NCBI GenBank assembly: GCA_031960885.1
Contig: JAVRLY010000019.1
Location: forward strand, 1-20,994
DNA: 20,994 bases
Reading direction: 5' to 3'
Origin: Desulfurella sp.
GTDB taxonomy: Bacteria; Campylobacterota_A; Desulfurellia; Desulfurellales; Desulfurellaceae
Both the position numbers and the translations under genes were made by a program. How positions within the stretch are numbered: position 1 is the stretch's first letter; each line of letters begins with the position of its first letter. The notes under the pieces were generated by a model. The model was not told the DNA's origin, did not search any database, and saw nothing but the letters and a program-made list of their open reading frames with translations. Shown piece after piece: positions 8,589-16,554 of the stretch.

Positions 8589-8651
8589 TGTTTGTTTAAA
8601 ATATACTTAGTCTGGCAACACTTTAAGACCTGTTTGTTCAAAAAAGCTTAG
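8589..8651. repeat. Imperfect direct repeat (period about 42 bp) in the intergenic region upstream of cas6
   Basis: TGTTTGTTTAAAATATACTTAG (8589-8610) versus TGTTTGTTCAAAAAAGCTTAG (8631-8651). Confidence 0.5.
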
Positions 8652-8676
8652 CGCCTTCCAAAGAAAGAAATTTATA

Positions 8677-9291
8677 CTACACTTTAGATAGGCAATCCAA
8701 AACATCTTCTTCACTTAATTGGTGGAAATCATCATAGAACATACCAACGCTGAAAAACGGGTCGTTAGAAACAATAAGTGCTACAACTGTAGCTAATTTA
8801 CTTAATTTGTCAAATGTATCTTGTGCAATTGGGCCAACTGCTACTATAATTTTTTTCGGGTTAAACTTCTGTAGGTCTTTTATAGCTGCCAACATAGACA
8901 ACCCTGTAGCAATGCCATCATCTACCAAAATGATAGATTTAAAACTAAGATCTGGCAGCGGTTTTTTTCGATATTTCGCAACATAATCGTTAATTTTATT
9001 TTTAACGCTCAATATATACTCATCTGTAACAATATTTGAAAAAACAGGGTTGATAACCACTTCGCCAAATTCGCCAATAGCACCAATAGCAAATTCCTCA
9101 TTTTCTGGGTGAGGTATCTTTTTTGAAATATATACGTTAAAATCAAGACCCAACTGTTGCGCTATAATAGCACCAATTGGGACACCGCCGCGCGGCAATC
9201 CAAGCACAATTGCATTATCATCAACCATATTTTTTAGTTCTTTAGCTAGTAATACACCTACTTCTTCTCTGTTTTTAAAACGCAATTTCAT
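8677..9291 (-). CDS. Type I phosphoribosyltransferase of unknown substrate
   Basis: FKNREEVG, LGLPRGGVP, EEFAIGA, PRPP loop LVDDGIATG, FFSVGMFYDDFHQL. Confidence 0.9.
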   Translation of the reverse strand: MKLRFKNREEVGVLLAKELKNMVDDNAIVLGLPRGGVPIGAIIAQQLGLDFNVYISKKIPHPENEEFAIGAIGEFGEVVINPVFSNIVTDEYILSVKNKINDYVAKYRKKPLPDLSFKSIILVDDGIATGLSMLAAIKDLQKFNPKKIIVAVGPIAQDTFDKLSKLATVVALIVSNDPFFSVGMFYDDFHQLSEEDVLDCLSKV

Positions 9292-9784
9292 ATATATTTT
9301 CTAAATCTCTGTATTGTTCGTTATAATCCATGCCAAAGCCTACCAAAAAACCCTTTTGTACATCAAATAATTTAAAATCAGGTTCAATGCTTATAACTCT
9401 ATTTTCTTTTTTATCGATAGCTACACACACATATACCTTTTTTGCGCCCAAACTCAAAATATAATCTTTGACTTTTGATATTGTCTGACCTGTATCTAGT
9501 ATATCATCAATTAACAAACATAACTTGCCCTTAACATCCAATGTGGGTTTTTTGAGCCATTTTAATTGAGTGCTTTTGTCAAATTCATAACTTTTCACAG
9601 CAATTGCTTCGTATTCAAATGCAAACTCAAATAATTTAGACAATTTATCAAAAAAAGGCTTTCCCCCCTTTTCTATGAAAAAAACAATTACGGATTGTTT
9701 GGCAAACTCTAAATTTATCTGTTTTGAAAGCTCAATTATACGATCTTCTATCTCTTCTTTGCTAATAACTTTTCTTAAGTTCAT
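9275..9784 (-). CDS. hpt: Hypoxanthine(-guanine) phosphoribosyltransferase-like protein (divergent)
   Basis: ISKEEI..RI.EL N-terminus, KG loop, VKSY, LIDDILDTGQT, FLVGFGMDYNEQYRDL. Confidence 0.8.
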   Translation of the reverse strand: MNLRKVISKEEIEDRIIELSKQINLEFAKQSVIVFFIEKGGKPFFDKLSKLFEFAFEYEAIAVKSYEFDKSTQLKWLKKPTLDVKGKLCLLIDDILDTGQTISKVKDYILSLGAKKVYVCVAIDKKENRVISIEPDFKLFDVQKGFLVGFGMDYNEQYRDLENIYEIAF

Positions 9785-10788
9785 AATATTCCATCAATTT
9801 CTGTTTTACACTTTGGGCATCGCCCACCTATGAGTGCATTTTTTATTATATCAAACCCTTTGCGTTCAATCAATAATTCTCCACATTTATAACAGTATGT
9901 ATTTTCTAGATTGCTTTTTGTAACATTGCCACCATAAACATACCTTAGGCCAACAGATTTTCCTATATAATATGCATTTTGAATAGCTTTAATAGACGTT
10001 GGAGTAATACTGGTTAATTTATAAGTTGGATAAAACGCACTAATATGCCAAGGGATAGCTTCATCTATGGATTTTATAAATTTTGCGATTTTTTCTATTT
10101 CTTCATCTGAATCATTCAATGTAGGAATTAAAAGCGTAGTTAACTCAACCCAAATCCCCTGCTCTTTTGCATATTCTATAGCTGATAAGACGGGTTTTAC
10201 CCTTCCTCCTACTATGTTTTTGTAAAAAGATCCACTCATAGATTTTAAATCAATATTTACTGCATCGATAAGGCCTTTCATTTTATCAATAGCTAGCTTA
10301 GTCATAAAACCATTTGTCACAAAAACATTTTTTAAGCCTTTCGTCTTAGCAATCTTTGCACAATCTATAGCATACTCAAAAAACACGGTTGGCTCAGTAT
10401 AAGTATAAGAAACACTCTTGCAATCCAAAAATAATGCATCAGATACCACATTATTAGTAGAGTAAAATTTGCCTATAACCTCATCATGATAATACATATA
10501 CTGGCTAATCTCATAGTTTTGACAATTTAAACATGTAAAATTACAACCTATGGTAGCTATTGAATAACTCTTAGAGCCAGGTAAAAAATGGTAAAGAGGT
10601 TTCTTTTCTATCGGGTCAACACTTTGAGCTATGATTTTTTCATAAACTAAACTATATAGTTTTCCATCTATGTTTTTTCTAACTCTACATATGCCGCTTT
10701 TATTATTTTCTATCACACACCTGTGGGCGCATAAATCACATCTAACTCTTTTGTCGCTCAATTGCTTATATAATATAGCTTCTTTCAT
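9781..10788 (-). CDS. amrS: AmmeMemoRadiSam system radical SAM enzyme
   Basis: N-terminal CDLCAHRC..GICRVR, DPIEKKPLYHFLPG, radical SAM motif GCNFTCLNCQN, YTYTEP, WHISAFYP, C-terminal CYKC...CPKC. Confidence 0.93.
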   Translation of the reverse strand: MKEAILYKQLSDKRVRCDLCAHRCVIENNKSGICRVRKNIDGKLYSLVYEKIIAQSVDPIEKKPLYHFLPGSKSYSIATIGCNFTCLNCQNYEISQYMYYHDEVIGKFYSTNNVVSDALFLDCKSVSYTYTEPTVFFEYAIDCAKIAKTKGLKNVFVTNGFMTKLAIDKMKGLIDAVNIDLKSMSGSFYKNIVGGRVKPVLSAIEYAKEQGIWVELTTLLIPTLNDSDEEIEKIAKFIKSIDEAIPWHISAFYPTYKLTSITPTSIKAIQNAYYIGKSVGLRYVYGGNVTKSNLENTYCYKCGELLIERKGFDIIKNALIGGRCPKCKTEIDGIL

Positions 10789-10797
10789 ACAAGCTCC

Positions 10798-12123
10798 TTA
10801 TAAAACTGGTAAAGTTATTTTAAATATAGTGCCATTTTCATCACTTTCAACATCAACGGTTCCGCCATGCAAATTTATAATATTTTTTACAACTGGCAAA
10901 GCTATACCTTTTTTGGTTGAACCACCAGAGACAAAAGGTTCAAATATATTTTTCAGTATAGCTTGTGGTATTGTATGTTGCCTATTCGATATTTCTATAA
11001 TTAATATTTTTTTATTTGAAATTGAATTTTGATAAGATTGTATATAAATTATCGCAGGTTCTTTTGTTGATTCAAGTAAACTATCTATAATATTATTAAT
11101 AGCCACTGCAAATTTTTTTCTATCAAGCTTGACAAATTTTATATGATCATCCATGTTAAGATTGAAAGTTAAATTCTTGATTCTTTTTTGAAAGTCAGCC
11201 ACTATTTCATTAAATAGAGCTATAATATTGACATCTTCAAACATCATTTTTCCATCTGATATTTGTAAAACATTATTTAATACTACATTGAGTTTTTTAC
11301 TCTCGTTTTTTATCCTTTCAATATATTTATCGATATCTTCAATTTTTCCTTCTTTTATCTTCCTATCAAGTATATCTGCTATGCCCCCAATAGACATAAG
11401 AGGGTTCTTTAATACATGTGACATATCTTCTGTAAAAGATTCCAATATCTTGATTTTTTCTTGTTCTATTAGTTGTTTTTGTAGAGAATCTATCTCTTTA
11501 ATATATTTAGTAAGTTGAATATTCTTTTCTTCAAGCTCAGCCCTTAGATTTTCTCTGATAATCGAGTAATATGCCACATATTCGCTAATTACACCAGAAG
11601 GAAAAGATATTATATATAAAGGTACAATTTTGTAAATTAAATCTAAAATATCTAAATGTGCATTTATACCTAAATAAAATATTAAAACCGAAGAAACAAA
11701 TGCAAGAAAAAGTCCATAATAAAATCCAAGCAGAATGGAAGCTACTGAAATTATGACAAAATAACCACTGTAAAATAAACTATGCACGCCACCTGTGTTA
11801 TACATAAAGTATGTAATAACAAATTGATCTACAATAAATGTAAAGAAACAAAATATATGACAATACTTACTATCAATTGTTATCCTGACTATATAAAATA
11901 AAATATACACATAAATAAGACCCAAAAAAATATAGTAAATTATATCGTTACTTTTTGAGTTATACATACACCAAAAAACAGCTGCAACAGTAGATATTAT
12001 CCTAATAAACAATATTATAAAATTTAAGTATATTGGCGGTATCATTCGGTCAATGTATTCTATTCTCATTTTTCTTGCAAATTCACCCAAAAACAGTAAT
12101 ATTAATGATAGCATTATTTGCAA
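10798..12123 (-). CDS. Membrane sensor histidine kinase-like protein with degenerate catalytic motifs (start uncertain: 12123, 12114 or 12069)
   Basis: Multi-TM N-terminus with a PilS-like D..TGG..S.F motif, coiled coil, H-box SHVLKNPL, F-box IFEPF, G2-like KKGIAL..VKNIINLHGG, GTIFKITLP. Confidence 0.85.
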   Translation of the reverse strand: MQIMLSLILLFLGEFARKMRIEYIDRMIPPIYLNFIILFIRIISTVAAVFWCMYNSKSNDIIYYIFLGLIYVYILFYIVRITIDSKYCHIFCFFTFIVDQFVITYFMYNTGGVHSLFYSGYFVIISVASILLGFYYGLFLAFVSSVLIFYLGINAHLDILDLIYKIVPLYIISFPSGVISEYVAYYSIIRENLRAELEEKNIQLTKYIKEIDSLQKQLIEQEKIKILESFTEDMSHVLKNPLMSIGGIADILDRKIKEGKIEDIDKYIERIKNESKKLNVVLNNVLQISDGKMMFEDVNIIALFNEIVADFQKRIKNLTFNLNMDDHIKFVKLDRKKFAVAINNIIDSLLESTKEPAIIYIQSYQNSISNKKILIIEISNRQHTIPQAILKNIFEPFVSGGSTKKGIALPVVKNIINLHGGTVDVESDENGTIFKITLPVL

Positions 12124-12150
12124 AAAGTGTCAATGAAGGGTTAAAATAAA

Positions 12151-13590
12151 ATGTTATTTAAAAAGAACAATAATTTACCTTATATAGATAGCTTAAAAAA
12201 TATAGCGACTCATACCTTAAAACTATTAAAAACGGATGACCCAACCATAAACGATACAATACAAAAATATGTTGATTTGATAAAAAACACAAAAGACGAA
12301 GATAGCATGAATAAATTGAGAGAACATATAGTTGACTTTTCAATTAAATACGGCGAATATATTGACAATAAAAAGCAACAAAACGATTATTTGATAAAAT
12401 CAATTATCAATTCTTTATCTCAAATTGCTAAAGATTATGACCCATCTAAACATTGGCAAGAAAGTTTTAAAAATATCAAGGAATTATTGAAATCACAAAT
12501 TACATATTCAACACTAGAAAATATCAATAATATCTTAAAAAACCTTTTATTTTCAACAAAAGATACACCAGAGCTTGTGTATAAAGAATTATCAGAAATC
12601 ATATTTTCTACATTAGATTTAGCAATAGAAGACGAAAAAGCCTCGGAATATAAAAAAGAGCTTTTAGAAATTAAAAAAACAACATACTTAAACAGTTCGC
12701 TACTAAATACCCCTTTTGTAAGAGAAAAAATTAAAAAACTAATAGAAAAGAAAGAAAAACTCGAAGATGAATACTTTAATCAGCTTCAAGAAAAGCTTAA
12801 ACAAGCAGTTAAGGCACTTACATACGTTATGAATACACTTACAAAAGATATAAATAACTATGGAGATATTTTTCAAACACATATAGATCAAATTGATAGC
12901 TTAGTAAACTTAGAAAATATTGATGTTGATGAAATGAGCAAAAAACTTATTGGAATAGCCTTAAAAATCAAAGAAAGCACAATTTCAATGAATAACAAAA
13001 TAAAAGTCTTAACTGAAGCAATCAATAAATCAAAACAAACTATTGAAGATCTCCAAAAAAAGCTAAAAGAATCACAAGAAAATTTAATTATCGACCCGCT
13101 TACTAAAGTTTACAATAGAAGAGGTTTATGGCATTTTTTAGGGCATGAAATTGAAAAGGCCAAGCGTTATGGTAAAAATTTGTCTATCATAATGTGCGAT
13201 TTAGATAAATTTAGCTTAGTTAATAACACATACGGTCATCAAGTAGGCGATAAAGTTTTAGAAGCCTTTGCTAATACAGCCAGATCTTTATCTCGCGGTG
13301 CTGATGTTTTAACACGATACGGTGGTGAAGAGTTTTTAATTATTGTGCCAGAAAATGATATAGATCAAGCTTATTTATTTGCCGAAAAAATTCGAATCGA
13401 AACAGAAAAATTGAAGTTTAGATATAAAGATAAAGAATTTGGTATAACAGTCAGCTTAGGCGTTGCACAATATAATATGCAAGATAATCTTGAAACACTT
13501 ATTGAACGCGCAGATAAAGCGCTCTATGAAGCAAAAAAACGCAGAAATGCAACTGTAAAAGAGTCGGATGTGCAAAGCTTGCAAGATTAA
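12151..13590 (+). CDS. Diguanylate cyclase (GGDEF) with long soluble helical/coiled-coil N-terminus
   Basis: DPLTKVYNRR, DLDKF..VNNTYGHQVGD, RxxD I-site (RGAD) five residues before GGEEF, RADKALYEAK. Confidence 0.93.
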   Translation: MLFKKNNNLPYIDSLKNIATHTLKLLKTDDPTINDTIQKYVDLIKNTKDEDSMNKLREHIVDFSIKYGEYIDNKKQQNDYLIKSIINSLSQIAKDYDPSKHWQESFKNIKELLKSQITYSTLENINNILKNLLFSTKDTPELVYKELSEIIFSTLDLAIEDEKASEYKKELLEIKKTTYLNSSLLNTPFVREKIKKLIEKKEKLEDEYFNQLQEKLKQAVKALTYVMNTLTKDINNYGDIFQTHIDQIDSLVNLENIDVDEMSKKLIGIALKIKESTISMNNKIKVLTEAINKSKQTIEDLQKKLKESQENLIIDPLTKVYNRRGLWHFLGHEIEKAKRYGKNLSIIMCDLDKFSLVNNTYGHQVGDKVLEAFANTARSLSRGADVLTRYGGEEFLIIVPENDIDQAYLFAEKIRIETEKLKFRYKDKEFGITVSLGVAQYNMQDNLETLIERADKALYEAKKRRNATVKESDVQSLQD

Positions 13591-13649
13591 ATTAAAGCAA
13601 GTTATTAAATATAAGTTTCACCATTATGAAAATAACGCAAGGGGGTTAA

Positions 13650-14702
13650 ATGACACGATTAGAAAAGTTGTATAATAAAATAAATGAACTTGGTGCAGAT
13701 TGCTTTGTATCGTTTGATAAAGCCGATATATTTTATTTTACTCAAGTTGATGGCGATGGTATTTTATTGGTTATTGAACAAAAACCATTTATATTTGCAA
13801 ATAAACTTTCATATGATAGCATAATAAATCAAAAGCCACAAAATACCGATGTAATACTGGCCGTGCAAGGAATTAAAAACCTTGAAGAATTTCTCATTGA
13901 AAATAAAGTACACTCCATGGGATTAGATTTTAAAAGTACAAATGCTTTAAATTTTCAATCTTTAAAACAGAACTTCGAAATAAAAAATGCGACTGATTTA
14001 ACAAAACAGATAAGGATGATAAAAGAGCAAAATGAAATAAATGCCATAAAAAGAGCAGCTTTAGTTGCACGAAATGCCTTTACAAAAGTATATCCAATGA
14101 TTAAAATAGGTATTAGCGAGAAAGAGCTTGCTAATGAGCTTGATTATCAAATGTTAAAGTTAGGAGCACAAAGAACTGCTTTTGAAACAATTGTTGCAAG
14201 TGGTGCTAATACATCTTTTCCTCATCACAGACCAACAGACAAAAAAATAGAAGATGGTGATTTTTTAATGATAGACTTTGGAGCATGCGTGGATAACTAT
14301 AACAGCGACTGTACATATACATTTTTAGTGGGAAATCGCACAGATGAAAAAAGAGAATTTTACAACGCACTGTTTTATACTCAAACATTTACAAGAGAAT
14401 TCATTGCTCCAAATAGAACGTTAGCCAAAGATATAGACATAAGGGCACGCCAAGAACTTGCAAAGTATGATTTGGATAAATATTTTACACATTCTACTGG
14501 TCACGGCGTGGGGCTTGATATACATGAGTTGCCATACATTGATCCATTAAGTGACACGTTGATTGTGCCAAATATGGTTTTTACAATCGAGCCAGGTATT
14601 TATATACCAAACAAATACGGTGTTAGAATAGAACAAACAATTTTAGTAAAAGACAACGATGTTGAAATACTGGGTTATGCACCATTTATGGAAATCATTT
14701 AG
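13650..14702 (+). CDS. Xaa-Pro aminopeptidase/dipeptidase (M24B)
   Basis: RMIK..EI, IVASG, PH, DFGA...SD.T, HSTGHGVGLDIHE, TIEPGIY, GVRIE metal-ligand motifs; upstream of efp. Confidence 0.92.
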   Translation: MTRLEKLYNKINELGADCFVSFDKADIFYFTQVDGDGILLVIEQKPFIFANKLSYDSIINQKPQNTDVILAVQGIKNLEEFLIENKVHSMGLDFKSTNALNFQSLKQNFEIKNATDLTKQIRMIKEQNEINAIKRAALVARNAFTKVYPMIKIGISEKELANELDYQMLKLGAQRTAFETIVASGANTSFPHHRPTDKKIEDGDFLMIDFGACVDNYNSDCTYTFLVGNRTDEKREFYNALFYTQTFTREFIAPNRTLAKDIDIRARQELAKYDLDKYFTHSTGHGVGLDIHELPYIDPLSDTLIVPNMVFTIEPGIYIPNKYGVRIEQTILVKDNDVEILGYAPFMEII

Positions 14703-14714
14703 AAGGAGGAGTTG

Positions 14715-15278
14715 ATGATAAGCACTAGTGAATTTAAAAAAGGCTCTAAAGTTGAGATAGATAATGAGCCTTATGAGATTGTAAACTACGAGCACATTAA
14801 ACCTGGAAAAGGTCAGGCTTTCGTAAGGGTGAAATTGAAAAACCTTAAAACGTTCAATGTTGTAGAGAAAACCTTTAAATCCGGTGTTAAAATTGCAAAA
14901 GCCGATGTTGAAGAAAAACCCATGCAGTACTTATATCAAGATGAACATGGTTATCATTTTATGGATAATGCAAACTATGAAGAGCACGTAATACCAAAAG
15001 AAGTGATTGAAGAAGAAGCTAAATTTTTGCAGGAAAACAAAGATGTTTTTGTTCTACTTTACAAAAGCGCGCCGATTGGCATATCTTTACCTAATTTTGT
15101 TGAATTAAAAGTTACAGAAACTGAGCCTGGTTTTAAAGGAGATACGGCAGCAACTGGCACAAAACCAGCAGTATTGGAAACAAATGCAACGATACAAGTG
15201 CCTTTTTTTATCAAAGAAGGTGATATAATAAGAATAGATACACGCACGGGAGAGTATGTTGAAAGGGTAAATAAATAA
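14715..15278 (+). CDS. efp: Translation elongation factor P
   Basis: KPGKGQAFVR loop, MQYLY, TEPGFKGDTA, KPAVLET, VPFFI, DTRTGEYVERV. SD GGAGG favours ATG 14715 over TTG 14712. Confidence 0.98.
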   Translation: MISTSEFKKGSKVEIDNEPYEIVNYEHIKPGKGQAFVRVKLKNLKTFNVVEKTFKSGVKIAKADVEEKPMQYLYQDEHGYHFMDNANYEEHVIPKEVIEEEAKFLQENKDVFVLLYKSAPIGISLPNFVELKVTETEPGFKGDTAATGTKPAVLETNATIQVPFFIKEGDIIRIDTRTGEYVERVNK

Positions 15279-16403
15279 ATGCAAAAACCCATGCGCACCT
15301 TATTTATCATTTCACTATCACATTTTGTAAACGATTGGTATTCTTTGTTGATACCACCGGCTATACCTATTTTAAAAAAAATTTATGGTATAAGCTATGT
15401 TCAAAGTGGCATACTTGTTAGTACCCCCTATATTGTTAGCGCAATTTTGCAAACATACATTGCATATTTGGCAGAAAAAAAGGCAAAACGCGTTTTAGCT
15501 TTGAAATTGGGTTTTTTGATATTAAGCTTGTCTTTTATTGTTTTTTATTTTTCTAATTCTTTTTTTGCTATGACAATGTCAGCTTTATTAATTGGCATAG
15601 GACTTAGCATTTATCATCCACAAGGCATGGGGCTACTTGCAAACGTATTTAAAAACCAAAAAGGCATGGCACTAGGCATTAACGGCATAGGGGGTGCAAT
15701 AGGATTTTTTTTAGCGCCCGTGAGTATGGGCTACTTATTATCAAGGTTTGGATTAAAAGCCTTTCTTATTGTTGCTATACCAGGTATTTTAATGTTTGCA
15801 ATACTTTTTTTGTGCAAACAAGAAGAGAAACCGCTGTCGATTACTTTAAAACACGCCTTTTCAAAAGAGCTTATACTTGTGGGGTTTGTTGCTATGGTTT
15901 CGCCATTTTTCTCAAGGGGTATATCTGCATTTTTACCTGCATACTTTTACAACAAAGGTCAAAACATACTAGATGCAAACCTTATGGCTAGTGTTATGTT
16001 GCTTGCAGGTATTATCGCACAACCAATCGGTGGAAAATTATCCGATAAATTTGGCAGAAAAGAGGTTATATTTGTAAGCTATGCATCAATGGCTTTATTT
16101 TTAATTCTATTTTTAGCATTTCCAAATCTGGTTTTGCTTTTTTTGCTTGGTTTTGCAACAAGCGTATCAATCCCAGTTAGACACGCTTTAGCTGCCGAAG
16201 TAGGCGGTCAATCGATGAATGCAAATATTGCGGTATCTTATACAATGGTAATGGTAGGAGCCTCCGTTGCGCCAACTTTAATTGGTTTTTTGATAGATAA
16301 ATTTGGGTTTAATATAGCTTTTGGCATGAATGCAATCATCGCACTTAGCGGGGTTTTTTTACTATTTTTCGTAAAACCAAAACAACCAAGCTTGACAAAT
16401 TAA
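15279..16403 (+). CDS. MFS transporter (Fsr-like)
   Basis: About 12 hydrophobic segments, SHFVND, YHPQG, and MFS motif A-like GKLSDKFGRK; starts immediately after the efp stop. Confidence 0.9.
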   Translation: MQKPMRTLFIISLSHFVNDWYSLLIPPAIPILKKIYGISYVQSGILVSTPYIVSAILQTYIAYLAEKKAKRVLALKLGFLILSLSFIVFYFSNSFFAMTMSALLIGIGLSIYHPQGMGLLANVFKNQKGMALGINGIGGAIGFFLAPVSMGYLLSRFGLKAFLIVAIPGILMFAILFLCKQEEKPLSITLKHAFSKELILVGFVAMVSPFFSRGISAFLPAYFYNKGQNILDANLMASVMLLAGIIAQPIGGKLSDKFGRKEVIFVSYASMALFLILFLAFPNLVLLFLLGFATSVSIPVRHALAAEVGGQSMNANIAVSYTMVMVGASVAPTLIGFLIDKFGFNIAFGMNAIIALSGVFLLFFVKPKQPSLTN

Positions 16404-16419
16404 ACAAATTGATAAAAAT
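16392..16419 (+). promoter_or_regulatory. Possible sigma70 promoter for tRNA-Ala
   Basis: TTGACA at 16392-16397 within the last MFS codons; only a weak -10 (TGATAAAAAT region) about 10 bp before the tRNA. Confidence 0.4.
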
Positions 16420-16429
16420 AGTTTATGAG

Positions 16430-16505
16430 GGGCGGTTAGCTCAGATGGGAGAGCGCATGCTTCGCACGCATGAGGTCGGGGGTTCGAATCCCCTACTGTC
16501 CACCA
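16430..16505 (+). tRNA. tRNA-Ala(CGC)
   Basis: 76 nt. Acceptor GGGCGGT/ACTGTCC with the G3:U70 alanine identity pair, discriminator A, encoded CCA. Anticodon arm CATGC-TTCGCAC-GCATG (CGC at 16463-16465). T-loop TTCGAAT. Confidence 0.96.
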
Positions 16506-16554
16506 ACTAAAGGTATTATTGGAGCTTATTTTCGCAAAATCTTTTATATGAAAA

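Noticed and set aside
8480..8599. Plus-strand open frame NYTLFSTLSTIILLALFDEAAKSQKVKKKLYAFNGLLFV as a small toxin or pseudogene
   Set aside because: No usable start codon or SD after the upstream stop and no recognisable family.
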